From positions 64,001 to 114,268 of the IMG/VR virus record IMGVR_UViG_3300007734_000754: a stretch of 50,268 nt of DNA; one strand, given 5' to 3'. Source of the DNA: a virus. Its lineage: Duplodnaviria; Heunggongvirae; Uroviricota; Caudoviricetes. Under the pieces are notes generated by a model. It did no database searches, was not told the DNA's origin, and saw nothing but the letters and a program-made list of their open reading frames with translations. Of the stretch, positions 36,917 through 47,112 are shown piece after piece (position 1 is the stretch's first letter; each line of letters begins with the position of its first letter). A program made the position numbers and the translations under genes.

Positions 36917-37139
36917 TAAGGTAGGTATTTATACACAACTACATGAAATTTGTTTTCATGGAAGAGGTGGTTATAGTTGGTGGGATGTTTACCATATGCC
37001 GATTGGTATTAGAAATTTTGTATTTAATAGAATAAGAGAATTTCATCAAGAAAAAGAACCAACCGATGTAAAACAAAGCCCTATCATAAATCGACCAGAT
37101 ATACCAACTACTTATACAACAAGAGCCTCTAGAAAGTAG
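36894..37139 (+). CDS. Start-less ORF in the +1 frame of the chaperone gene; putative frameshift extension (gp51/G-T-like)
   Basis: Reads FFGLTPSSKVGIYTQLHEICFHGRGGYSWWDVYHMPIGIRNFVFNRIREFHQEK...ASRK*; frame closed by TAG at 36882; T7 run at 36893-36899. Confidence 0.75.
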   Translation, partial: FFGLTPSSKVGIYTQLHEICFHGRGGYSWWDVYHMPIGIRNFVFNRIREFHQEKEPTDVKQSPIINRPDIPTTYTTRASRK

Positions 37140-37147
37140 AGGCTTTT
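37123..37147 (+). terminator. Hairpin terminator overlapping the stop of the frameshift ORF
   Basis: AGCCTCTA-GAAAG-TAGAGGCT followed by TTT; TATTTATA follows at 37150. Confidence 0.7.
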
Positions 37148-37173
37148 ACTATTTATAATTATATAATACATAC

Positions 37174-39519
37174 ATGGCAACTAATAATTTTGAAGGGTTA
37201 GGAGACGAAACGTTACATAGTGCACAAAGCATTAAAAGAACTATGGACGAAATTCGTGATAGTGTAACTAGAACGAATAGAGCATTACAGGGATTAGGAG
37301 ACTCTACAGGGAAATACTCTGATGAAATAAAAGCTGTAGCTAATTCTGCAAAAAAAGTTGCAGATATACAAGAAAGTGCATTAAAGACAAGCAAAGCAAC
37401 TGCTAAAGCTTTAGAAGAACAGTCAAAGCAAGGTAGTGTAATTCGTACACTAACCCGTGAAATTGACGAACTTTATGCTAGATCATCGAGACAGACCGGA
37501 GAACTTCGAGAGAGGTTAAAGCAACAAGCTCAACACTTATCAAATGCTAGAGATAATGCAAGAGAACTATCTAGCCTATATGGAAGCATTGCAAGAGATG
37601 CATCAAAACTAAACAGTCAAACTAAATTTTTTAGTAAACTATCAGAAATTGCAAAATCAATACCCGCTTTAAATAAGTTTGCTACTCCTTTTGAAAAAGC
37701 AGCAGAAGCAGCTAAAAAAGTAGCATTAAATAATGCTAAAGTAGTTGAACAGCAAAGGCTCCTAGATAAGTTAGGAAAAAACTCAATAAAGACTGGAAAA
37801 GGTTTAACCAAAGAAAAACTAGAAGCAGCAGGAGTAACACACATTACAGGAGATTTAACAGGAACAGCCGCTGCACAAAGGTTACGAGAACATCAAGAAG
37901 ATTTAAAACAGCAAAAGAAAAGTCCTTTTATGGAAGGAGCAAAGGTTGCAGGAGGTGAAATGGTCGGCACCCTAACAAGTATGGCAAGTATAACAGGAAT
38001 TATATCTGCTATACTTAAATTTATTTTAGATATATTCTTAGGAGTAAACCGTCAAGTTGTACAAATTGCTCAAAACTTAAACATATCGACACAGTACGCA
38101 GAACAAATGCGTGATCACTATGCATATATAGCAACACATGGTAACAGTATCTTAATGGATACTCAGTCGCTTATTGATGCTCAAATTGCCTTAGTAGATT
38201 CATTAGGAGTTTATAGCAAACTGCAAGATTCAACATTAAGAAACCAGGTATTTTTTACTAAGAATCTAAATATGTCTGCAGAAGCAGCAGCTGGCTTAAA
38301 TTTAATGCTTGATGCTCAAGGTCAAAATGCAGAAACAGTAACAAACCAAATAGTAAATACTAATAACAAAGCTTCTAAGACAACCGGAATACTTCTTCCT
38401 ACAAATAAACTAATGTCTCAAATTGGTAAAACAAGTAAAGAGATTGCAGGATATTTTGGATTTAATGCCAAAGCAATGGCCGAAGGAGTTCGTCAAGTTG
38501 CAAAATTTGGATTAGAATTAGAAAATGCAAAAAGTGTGGCTAGTGCACTGTTAGATTTTGAATCATCTATAGGCAATGAGTTACAGTTAGAGTTACTTAC
38601 AGGTAAGGAGCTTAGTATGGAAAAAGCTAGAGTAATGTCAGTAACTGGAGACATTGCAGGGGCTACCGAAGAGGTTATGAAGCAAATGCAAAACATAACT
38701 GAAGAGCAGAGAAAAAATCCATTAATCATGGAAGCTATGGCTGCTTCATCAGGTCTTACAGCAGATCAGATAAATAGAGCATATTTAGTAAATAAAAAGC
38801 TTAATAAAGAACAGAAAGATTATGTAAAGCAGCTACAAGATGCAGGTAGAGAAAAAGAAGCTAACGCAGCAACAGATGCTGCATTACATGGACAGTCTGT
38901 AGAACAAATTAAAGCTACAGTAACTGCCGAAGACGCTTTTGCAGCAGCTTTAACCAAGGTAAAAGATAAGTTAGCAACAATGGTAGATAACGGGGTATTA
39001 GATAAATTTACTCAGATTATAGAAGCATTTGTAAATACCGTTTCTAAATCAGGAATAATGGGACTCTTTAACGGAGACTTTTCTGATGAGTTAGTTAGAG
39101 TTAAGACAGCTGAAATTACACAAGGGCATGTTACAGCATCAAGAGGAATGACCACATCAGCACAAAAAGGTAAGCTTGCTGAAATTGAGGATCGTGCATC
39201 TGGAGCACATGAAGGTAATGTCTTCGGAGGCGATAGGTATCATTATGGAGCACAGGCATTTAACACAGGTAAAACTGTAACTGATGTTGCACAAGAAGAT
39301 CAAGAAAGAAATACCCGATTATTAAATTCTATTAAATCAGGAGAAATTAAGGTAGATAAAAATGGAAATTTACAATCAGAGATGTGGGATAAATTAATGA
39401 GTATACAACAGCAGCATTTAGACCTTGCAAAAGGTCAACAGCATACTAGTATTTATATAGGAGCAAATTCTTTAGCAGAATCATTAGGAGTCTATTCAAA
39501 CAAGGTAGGAAGTAAATAA
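37174..39519 (+). CDS. Tail tape measure protein
   Basis: 781 aa, helical and Ala/Lys/Gln-rich; LLDFESSIGNELQLELLTGK..M EKAR; follows the chaperone. Confidence 0.85.
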   Translation: MATNNFEGLGDETLHSAQSIKRTMDEIRDSVTRTNRALQGLGDSTGKYSDEIKAVANSAKKVADIQESALKTSKATAKALEEQSKQGSVIRTLTREIDELYARSSRQTGELRERLKQQAQHLSNARDNARELSSLYGSIARDASKLNSQTKFFSKLSEIAKSIPALNKFATPFEKAAEAAKKVALNNAKVVEQQRLLDKLGKNSIKTGKGLTKEKLEAAGVTHITGDLTGTAAAQRLREHQEDLKQQKKSPFMEGAKVAGGEMVGTLTSMASITGIISAILKFILDIFLGVNRQVVQIAQNLNISTQYAEQMRDHYAYIATHGNSILMDTQSLIDAQIALVDSLGVYSKLQDSTLRNQVFFTKNLNMSAEAAAGLNLMLDAQGQNAETVTNQIVNTNNKASKTTGILLPTNKLMSQIGKTSKEIAGYFGFNAKAMAEGVRQVAKFGLELENAKSVASALLDFESSIGNELQLELLTGKELSMEKARVMSVTGDIAGATEEVMKQMQNITEEQRKNPLIMEAMAASSGLTADQINRAYLVNKKLNKEQKDYVKQLQDAGREKEANAATDAALHGQSVEQIKATVTAEDAFAAALTKVKDKLATMVDNGVLDKFTQIIEAFVNTVSKSGIMGLFNGDFSDELVRVKTAEITQGHVTASRGMTTSAQKGKLAEIEDRASGAHEGNVFGGDRYHYGAQAFNTGKTVTDVAQEDQERNTRLLNSIKSGEIKVDKNGNLQSEMWDKLMSIQQQHLDLAKGQQHTSIYIGANSLAESLGVYSNKVGSK

Positions 39520-39563
39520 ACCGAACAATACAGATATTTATTATAAATTAAAACATAAACACT

Positions 39564-39809
39564 ATGGGACTTTTAGATTTATTAACATCACAGGGATCAC
39601 CGATGAGCTACAATGGAGCAATACCGCCACCAAGCCCTTTCAATAGCCCACAATCAACCCTACACTACCAGTACTCTATTACAGGTAATCCATCAAATGT
39701 TAACGTACCACCACCATCTCACTTGGACTTAGATGCAACAATACCTCCAATTTCAACAAATCCAGGATCTGCACAATTGCTACCTTATACAGCACACCAA
39801 CCAGGATAA
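39564..39809 (+). CDS. Small Pro-rich hypothetical protein of the tail/baseplate module
   Basis: 81 aa; MGLLDL start resembles the next gene (MGLIDL). Confidence 0.55.
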   Translation: MGLLDLLTSQGSPMSYNGAIPPPSPFNSPQSTLHYQYSITGNPSNVNVPPPSHLDLDATIPPISTNPGSAQLLPYTAHQPG

Positions 39810-39822
39810 AAAGTAAAAGGAC

Positions 39823-41418
39823 ATGGGACTAATTGATCTCCAAACAAACTTAAAAAGTCTTACGTATGGAGGGAACGGACCCTACGTAACTAAGAACATA
39901 AATAATCCACCCTCTGACAATCGTTTTGTACATGAGGCAACTAGTCGTATAGACGATGTTAGTCGAATTGCTCAAATGCTAGTTGATAAGCCGGGGATAA
40001 AATACTTATTTCATAACACTATTCTTAGAGCAGCTACGTTGCAGTATAAGATAGATGATCAAAAAAATAAAGTAAGCCCTAAGCCAGTATCAATTTTACA
40101 GGAAGCAAAACGTGCTGGTATAGATACTATAGCAACAGTAGCCAGTACACTAGCACAAGTAGCTATTGACGGAACTGGAGTACATTTTGTAAAAGGATTT
40201 GGTAGAGGAATAAAACCCTATATACCAAGTACAGACTTAAATGGATTATCCCTTGCAGGAACTAATCTTGTAATTAATGTAAGAACACAACCATCAGAAC
40301 TAGTAGACATCGCTCCAGATGGAACTATATCAATTGCTAGAAAATCAGATAGTGCAGTTGAAGATGATGAAAATTTTTACAGAGCAGGGCAGTATAAAAT
40401 TCGAGTAAATAACGACTATAATGATCAGTACGAATACCAGTATACTCAAAGAATAAGTCCTACAAAAAATGGAAGCATTAGAAAAGAGACTCGTGTTAGG
40501 TTAGGAGATCAAGGAGCTAGAGTAGATAGTTTTAAAACAGCTAATATTTACTGGTCAGGATCAATAGGGATAGACGGAAAACCAACCTACGATGAAGTAG
40601 ATAAAATAAATGTACTCCCAGCACAGACAGGAAAAGTAGAGGCCGGTACAGGTACCTATGAACAAAAAGTATTACTTGGAGGTCAAACTATAGGAAGAGA
40701 TTTTGCAAAATTTAGGTTTCATATAATAACACCAGAAGAAGAAAAGGTATTATATTTTAGAGCATTTATAGAGTCATTTACGGACAACTATGCTGGAGCT
40801 TGGAATGATGTTAAGTACTTAGGTAGGGGTGAAGCTTTTTACGTGTATAGTGGCTTTAGTAGAAAAATTTCCGTATCTTTTAAAATAGCAGCTGCAACAA
40901 GAACAGAGCTTTTACCACTTTATCAAAAAATGATATATTTAGCTTCTTCAACAGCTCCTACATATGGAAGTGCAGGGCAGTTTATGAGAGGTACTATAGC
41001 AAAAATGACAATCGGAGATTATGTATATGAATTACCGGGAATAATAAATAGTGTGACCTATGCATGGTCTACGGAATATCCATGGGAGATAGCTGTTGAT
41101 GAACCAGAAGGTGGTGGAGATAAGCTTATGCAGGAATTACCTGTAGTATTAGATTGTAATATAGAGTTTACTCCAATTCATAACTTTACTCCAACAGCAG
41201 GATATAATAAGTATATAACAACAGGAATAAATGATGCACAAGCTACAGCATTCTTTGATAACGATATACAGACAACAAAAACAGCAGCAAATCCAGCAGA
41301 TGATATTATAACTCCATCACCAAATACAATGAAAGGAACAAATGATGTTACAATTCTTGGAGGAACAGCAGGTAAAGCAGCAAATAGTTTTGGAAGATAT
41401 TTAGAAAGACCGGTATAG
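39823..41418 (+). CDS. Baseplate / tail-tube initiator-like protein
   Basis: C-terminal tube-fold-like segment FRAFIESFTDNY...W..VKYLGR.E.FY.YSGF.R.IS.SF.I; follows the TMP. Confidence 0.65.
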   Translation: MGLIDLQTNLKSLTYGGNGPYVTKNINNPPSDNRFVHEATSRIDDVSRIAQMLVDKPGIKYLFHNTILRAATLQYKIDDQKNKVSPKPVSILQEAKRAGIDTIATVASTLAQVAIDGTGVHFVKGFGRGIKPYIPSTDLNGLSLAGTNLVINVRTQPSELVDIAPDGTISIARKSDSAVEDDENFYRAGQYKIRVNNDYNDQYEYQYTQRISPTKNGSIRKETRVRLGDQGARVDSFKTANIYWSGSIGIDGKPTYDEVDKINVLPAQTGKVEAGTGTYEQKVLLGGQTIGRDFAKFRFHIITPEEEKVLYFRAFIESFTDNYAGAWNDVKYLGRGEAFYVYSGFSRKISVSFKIAAATRTELLPLYQKMIYLASSTAPTYGSAGQFMRGTIAKMTIGDYVYELPGIINSVTYAWSTEYPWEIAVDEPEGGGDKLMQELPVVLDCNIEFTPIHNFTPTAGYNKYITTGINDAQATAFFDNDIQTTKTAANPADDIITPSPNTMKGTNDVTILGGTAGKAANSFGRYLERPV

Positions 41419-41421
41419 TAA

Positions 41422-41718
41422 ATGAATAGATATAGTAACATAAAGACAACTAAAACATTAAATGGAGCTGACTACTTAATGTCAACTACCTATCCAAATA
41501 TTCCTAGAAGTGAAAATGATTATTATGTTATCACAGCTGCAGGAGATAGGTATGATAAATTAGCACAACAGTTCTATCAAGATAGTACTCTTTGGTGGGT
41601 TATAGCTTGTGCTAATAACGCACAACAAGCTTCTTTAGTAGTACAGACTGGAATTCAATTAAGAATACCAGGAAGTATAAATACTATTTTAGAGAATTTT
41701 AAAGCAGTCAATAAATAA
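41422..41718 (+). CDS. LysM-like baseplate wedge protein (tail X / gp53-like)
   Basis: GDRYDKLAQQFYQDSTLWWVIACAN...G.QLRIP. Confidence 0.8.
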   Translation: MNRYSNIKTTKTLNGADYLMSTTYPNIPRSENDYYVITAAGDRYDKLAQQFYQDSTLWWVIACANNAQQASLVVQTGIQLRIPGSINTILENFKAVNK

Positions 41719-41719
41719 G

Positions 41720-44305
41720 ATGGCAGAAAAAGTTATAGGAGGACCTATTAATGCAGCAGTAAGATCTCAGTTAGCTGTAAGAAGTAAGATTATGTCCAAG
41801 GGAGAAAGAACCAACGAAGACCTAATGTACCTTACTTCAAAAACAGGTTGGGCTAAACTCTCATCAGGTGTAAATGTAAAGGGCAGTAATAAACTTGCAA
41901 AACAGTATGTACTAATTGCAGGACAGAAAGGAAAACATGGATCAAATAGTTATAGTAACTATACAGATGTTATGGGATTCAGACCAATGCCAGGTATAAC
42001 AGGTGTTGAAGTTAGGTCAATAAATAGGTTCGGGGTATTAAAAGAAGCAACAATTACCTTTAATTGCTGGAGTGTACAGCAGTTAACAGATCTGGAAATG
42101 CTATACATGAGACCAGGATTTACATTACTATTGGAATGGGGACATAGCATATACTCAAAGGATGGAAAAGTACCATATGACCATAAAGTAGAAACATTCC
42201 CAGACTTTTTTGATAAAAAAGACTTATCTAAAAAAACAGTTTACGCTGAAATTGAAAGATTAAAAACACAGAGTCATTATAATTACGATGCAATTCTAGG
42301 TTTTTGTAAAAACTTTACATGGAGTTTTAGAGCTGACGGAGGTTACGATTGTACAACAACTGTAATATCTATTGGCGAAATTGTAGAATCTCTACAAGTA
42401 CTTCTAGATTCAGCCTCTCATAACCCTTCATCTCCAACAGCAGGAGGAACAACAACCGGTACTACTAAAGATGAAGATGCTCAAGCAACAGTACTTCAGG
42501 GGGTATTAACCTTCATTAAAAGTTGGGCAACAAAAGATGCTTGGGAACAGACAAAATTAAAATACCCTGATTTTGCAAAACACTATGAAGAGAGAAATGG
42601 AATAACTGGCTATGAAATGTCCCAGGTAGGAACTGTTACTATAGTAGACGGCAAAGATAAAACAAATAGTAACTTTGTATATATACCTTTTTCAACTTTC
42701 TGTAAAATAATAAACGGATTAACGATAGTAGATCAGACAAATGAACCTCTTGCTAGAATTAATACAAGTCATACATTAACCAGCGAAATTAATACTTTTA
42801 AGTTTCACGAATCAATAGATCCATCTACATGTCTAATAGTATCCCCTAATGCTAGTTATTTATATACTTATGCACCGGATTTATATGATATATTAAAATC
42901 AGGTATTACAGAAGGTTCAACAACTGATGCTTTAAATATATTGTTAAATATAGATATGTTACTAAGCATTATGGAAGAGATGCTTCAAAAACCAGTTGAA
43001 GATAGAAGCTTATTTGATATATTTGATACAATTTTTGCAAAAGTAAACTCTGCACTAGGAGGTATAAATGAGCTAGCGCTACACTACGATGAAGCTACAT
43101 CTACATATTATGTTGTAGATAGACAAATTCAAGTTGAAAAAAGTGATTTACATGTATTAAATATTACAGGATTAAAATCTACAGTAACTAAATTCGACTT
43201 TACCACAAAACTATCACCTGCACTTACTACTATGATTGCCATTTCTGCACAGGGAGGCGGATCAGATGTAGGGGTAGATGCTTCAGCACTACTTAGGTGG
43301 AATGAAGGATTATCGGATAGAATTATGACAACTAAAGGTCAAGATAAAGATCCAACAAATACTGAAACTGCAGCAGATAGAATAAAAAATCAACAACAGC
43401 AAAGATTAACTGTATATGAATCTTTTTTAAGTGCTTTTTATAAAAGCAAACAATTTGATTTGCAAAAATTAGATGAAGCAAAAGCAAATTATTCACAATA
43501 TGCTAAGACTTATAAAAATAATTACGACGAATCAGCAGGAAAAGCTGGCCCAGCAGGTATTGTACCTTTTGAAGTAGGTATTGAAATGGACGGTATTTCT
43601 GGACTTAAGATTGGTGAAGCTTTCATAATAAACGAAGCTATTATGCCTGATAAGTATAATGGAGTAATCGGATTTATTATAACAGGATTAAGTCATAAAA
43701 TAACAGGTAATAAGTGGACAACAATACTAAAAGCTCAAACAATAACACTTTCGGGAGGTTTATCTAAAAAACAATCATCAGGAAATAGAGAAAGAGTTAA
43801 TAATGGATTTACCCCAACTGGTGATGCACCAGCAACAAATTTTATTGCAACTACTAGTGATGCTAAAACCGCAGCAGAGAAGTACTTAGGAAGGGCTATG
43901 ACAGATACTGAATGGAGTCAATTAGTAGCAGCAACATTTGCAGAAGCTGGACATAGTCAAATAGAAAGAGCATATATTATGGGAGTAATGTTAAATAGAG
44001 TTAGATCTGGTAAATGGGGAGGTACAGTTACAAGTGTACTTACTGCTAAATCTCAATTTCAATCAGTAACAGGTACTAAAGCTAATGGACATGCACCTAG
44101 TGCAAATTATAGAAATGGACCTAATGGAGCAAATAGAGAAAGTATTTACGGAGCAGCAACAAACTTTTTGCAACAAGTTCCTAAAAATTATATATACTTT
44201 ACCTCTAACATAACAGCAGCTTATGGAAAAGGTACAAATATTGGATTTAGAGATCAGTTAAGAAAATCAGGTACTATAATAGGAGACTCAGTATTTTCAG
44301 CATAA
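41720..44305 (+). CDS. Baseplate hub protein with C-terminal SleB-like (Hydrolase_2) cell-wall hydrolase
   Basis: Hub-like N region (RPMPGIT, LYMRPGFTLLLEWG); C terminus LVAATFAEAG...VMLNRV...TVTSVL...QFQSV. Confidence 0.75.
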   Translation: MAEKVIGGPINAAVRSQLAVRSKIMSKGERTNEDLMYLTSKTGWAKLSSGVNVKGSNKLAKQYVLIAGQKGKHGSNSYSNYTDVMGFRPMPGITGVEVRSINRFGVLKEATITFNCWSVQQLTDLEMLYMRPGFTLLLEWGHSIYSKDGKVPYDHKVETFPDFFDKKDLSKKTVYAEIERLKTQSHYNYDAILGFCKNFTWSFRADGGYDCTTTVISIGEIVESLQVLLDSASHNPSSPTAGGTTTGTTKDEDAQATVLQGVLTFIKSWATKDAWEQTKLKYPDFAKHYEERNGITGYEMSQVGTVTIVDGKDKTNSNFVYIPFSTFCKIINGLTIVDQTNEPLARINTSHTLTSEINTFKFHESIDPSTCLIVSPNASYLYTYAPDLYDILKSGITEGSTTDALNILLNIDMLLSIMEEMLQKPVEDRSLFDIFDTIFAKVNSALGGINELALHYDEATSTYYVVDRQIQVEKSDLHVLNITGLKSTVTKFDFTTKLSPALTTMIAISAQGGGSDVGVDASALLRWNEGLSDRIMTTKGQDKDPTNTETAADRIKNQQQQRLTVYESFLSAFYKSKQFDLQKLDEAKANYSQYAKTYKNNYDESAGKAGPAGIVPFEVGIEMDGISGLKIGEAFIINEAIMPDKYNGVIGFIITGLSHKITGNKWTTILKAQTITLSGGLSKKQSSGNRERVNNGFTPTGDAPATNFIATTSDAKTAAEKYLGRAMTDTEWSQLVAATFAEAGHSQIERAYIMGVMLNRVRSGKWGGTVTSVLTAKSQFQSVTGTKANGHAPSANYRNGPNGANRESIYGAATNFLQQVPKNYIYFTSNITAAYGKGTNIGFRDQLRKSGTIIGDSVFSA

Positions 44306-44325
44306 TTTATAAAATATTTATAAAC

Positions 44326-45723
44326 ATGAGTAGTGGATACATAGCAGAAGGATCATATAAAAAACCAAAATTTACCCCAGGACTTACCTATGTGGTAATG
44401 GATACTCGTAAACGTTATATAGGATTTTACATAGAAGATTCAAGAGGCAGATTTTACTCAGGTAAAGCACCTGGTGATAAAAGTGTACGATTGGAAAAGG
44501 TAGAATTAAAGGTACCAGAAGGATTAAAAGCAGGATTAAAAAAAGCAGCAATGGCACTTGCAGCTGGATTAGCTGCTAAGGTTATTAGCAATCTTGAAAG
44601 ACAAAAAGGAAAAACTAAGAGGTATTTTGTACAAAATAAAACTACACAAAAAATTTCGGAAACAGATAAAGCTACGTATGAACAAGCAAAAACTGATTTA
44701 CCGGACAGTACTTTTATGGAAGTAGATTGGGAATTAACAGGACCGGCAGAAGATCAAATGTTTGGAGATTATAAATATGTTGGAGCAGCAACTAAAAATA
44801 AAGCAACTATAAAAGCAGCAGAGTCACAGATGAAAGGAATTTCTACTTTTATAACTGACTATTCTTATTTAGTTGAAGATCCTGCAGATACTCAAAAACC
44901 GCAAGTAGATTCAAATACCGTAGTAACTATGGATCCGGAATTAGAACTAGAAGAAAGTAGAAAAGCAAGATTTGATAAAAGAAATGATATAATATTTGCA
45001 AGTGCTAGTATTTGGGCAAAAGAGGCACAAGTAGCACCTTTATTAATTCAAGAAGGATTAATAAGTTATTTCGATGCATCAAACCCTTACTGGTTCTCAC
45101 AAGAAAGTCCTGCATATTGGTGGAACCTGATACCAGGAAGTGGAGGTGGTACCTTTCCGGCAGACTCGGGTGTATTTAACACAGCTAACGGAGGAAATTT
45201 CTTAATTACTCCGCAATTCGGTTTAAGCTATGGGAACCTAACCCTGGAAAATGGATTTACACCAGGCTTTCCAGCTGATATGTTTTCAATCTCATATGCA
45301 ATTAAAATAGCAGAGATACCAACACCAGGTATATACGAGATAGATCATGATGTAAATTTATTTACACAAATAAACACAAATACTGATAACTTTGAAATAA
45401 AGTTTAATAGAACATCACCTAGTGCAACAGCAACTTTCTCTATGCCTTTTAATAGGAGTGAAATTTTAAATAACATAATAAACATAGTATGGACATTTAA
45501 CGGGACAGTAGTAACTGGATACTTAAACGGCATACCAAAAATCATACAGGTAGTGCCATTTACTGTAACTTTATCTCATGCTACTTTGAATGATCAGTTT
45601 GCATTTACAACATTTCAGTTTAACGGAAACGTGTACGACCTACTAAGATACAGCAGACCACTCTCACCAGCAGAAGTATTACAAAACTGGGAGGCAATAA
45701 AACTCAAATGTCTTATAGAATAA
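44326..45723 (+). CDS. Virion protein with C-terminal LamG/concanavalin-like domain
   Basis: From about 45040: GLISYFDASN...W.NL, IVWTFNG...YLNG, Y.RPLS.AEV.QNW. Confidence 0.65.
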   Translation: MSSGYIAEGSYKKPKFTPGLTYVVMDTRKRYIGFYIEDSRGRFYSGKAPGDKSVRLEKVELKVPEGLKAGLKKAAMALAAGLAAKVISNLERQKGKTKRYFVQNKTTQKISETDKATYEQAKTDLPDSTFMEVDWELTGPAEDQMFGDYKYVGAATKNKATIKAAESQMKGISTFITDYSYLVEDPADTQKPQVDSNTVVTMDPELELEESRKARFDKRNDIIFASASIWAKEAQVAPLLIQEGLISYFDASNPYWFSQESPAYWWNLIPGSGGGTFPADSGVFNTANGGNFLITPQFGLSYGNLTLENGFTPGFPADMFSISYAIKIAEIPTPGIYEIDHDVNLFTQINTNTDNFEIKFNRTSPSATATFSMPFNRSEILNNIINIVWTFNGTVVTGYLNGIPKIIQVVPFTVTLSHATLNDQFAFTTFQFNGNVYDLLRYSRPLSPAEVLQNWEAIKLKCLIE

Positions 45724-45738
45724 AAAAAGCAACTATGC

Positions 45739-45770
45739 TTGCCTATAAGTAATTTTTTTCTTATATTATA
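45739..45770 (+). promoter_or_regulatory. Host-type (early/middle) promoter of the polymerase gene
   Basis: TTG at 45739, N20, TATATTAT at 45762. Confidence 0.6.
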
Positions 45771-45786
45771 AAAAAGGTTATAAGAA

Positions 45787-47112
45787 ATGTTTTATATAAT
45801 AGAGACAGAGGAGCAAATACAGCTTCTAAAAAATTTAGGAAGGAAAGGAGGGTATATAGAAGTCATTTCTTCAAATGATAATTATCATCCATTACTCACA
45901 TCTACAGTAGCAGTCTACCTAAGACCTTTAAATCACCCAGAAGGATATATTATTCCAATAAGCCATGATGAAGGATTAAATTTATCAAAAGACTGTGTCT
46001 CCGGTATCTTAAAAGAATATACAGCACTTTATACATTTGACAAGAAAGAGTTAATGTACCACTTTGTATTACCGTCAGTTATAGATCTCTCTTTACTTTA
46101 TTCAATGACTTCTTATAATAGGCTTGAATTACCAAGATCTAACTCAACTTGCAATTGGTATTATAACCGCTTTCATGATTTTAAGGAAATAAATGCTATT
46201 ATTCCAATATCAAAGTTATTTGAAAAATGTGAAGAGAATTATAAAGCTTTAGATTGCATATTGCAATACGCAATACCAAATGGATTTGATTTCTATAATA
46301 AAACAGCTACCTCAGTATTCTTTATGATTGAGAGAGCTGGATTGAGAATAACTTATCAATCTTTCTTAGAATTATTCAAACCAAGTAATCCTATTTACAG
46401 TATTGATAATAATATTATTTATACTTCGTATAATCTCTATAATACAACCTCTCGACCAACAAATGCTTTTAATTCAGTAAATTTTGCTGCTATTCCAAAA
46501 GCACCTGAATTTAGAAAAGCTATTATTCCTCAGAACGATGTATTTGTAGAGATGGACTTTGATGGATATCATTTAAGACTATTATGCGAGCAAATTGGAT
46601 ATGAATTAACAGATGAATCTGCACACGCTCAATTAGCAAGACTTTACTTCGGTAAAGATGAAATAGCAGAAGATGAATATGTAAAAGCAAAGCAAATTAA
46701 TTTTCATGCCATTTATGGAAAGATTCCACCTGAGTATGCATTTCTTAAAGTATTTATCAAAATAGATGAATACATAAAAATGCTTTGGAAACAATTCAAT
46801 GAACTTGGATATGTAGAAGATCCGATATCAGGTAAAAGATTCACACAAGATCTTCCAGATATGCATCCGCAGAAGCTAATGAATTATATGATGCAGAGCT
46901 TGGAAACCTCAAGAAATATTCTTATCTTAAAAGATGTGCTTATGTTTCTTCAAGATAAGAAAAGTAAGTTAGCACTTTACACCTACGATGCTTTTGTATT
47001 TGATTTTGATAAATCAGACGGAAAAGAAACATTAGAGTCTTTAGAAAAAATAATGAATCAGGGAGGAAAATATCCTATAAAATTCAAATATAGTAGTAAC
47101 CTAGTTTTGTAA
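45787..47112 (+). CDS. Compact family A DNA polymerase lacking a 5'-3' exonuclease domain
   Basis: Motif A VEMDFDGYHLRLL, motif B AKQINFHAIYG, motif C YTYDAFVFD, YNTTSRP (GR-like). Confidence 0.8.
   Translation: MFYIIETEEQIQLLKNLGRKGGYIEVISSNDNYHPLLTSTVAVYLRPLNHPEGYIIPISHDEGLNLSKDCVSGILKEYTALYTFDKKELMYHFVLPSVIDLSLLYSMTSYNRLELPRSNSTCNWYYNRFHDFKEINAIIPISKLFEKCEENYKALDCILQYAIPNGFDFYNKTATSVFFMIERAGLRITYQSFLELFKPSNPIYSIDNNIIYTSYNLYNTTSRPTNAFNSVNFAAIPKAPEFRKAIIPQNDVFVEMDFDGYHLRLLCEQIGYELTDESAHAQLARLYFGKDEIAEDEYVKAKQINFHAIYGKIPPEYAFLKVFIKIDEYIKMLWKQFNELGYVEDPISGKRFTQDLPDMHPQKLMNYMMQSLETSRNILILKDVLMFLQDKKSKLALYTYDAFVFDFDKSDGKETLESLEKIMNQGGKYPIKFKYSSNLVL

Noticed and set aside
36914-36919. Stop-codon readthrough or TAG recoding to explain the ORF after the chaperone
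   Set aside because: TAG is followed immediately by in-frame TAA, the downstream ORF is in another frame, and core genes are full length in the standard code with TAG serving as a normal stop.
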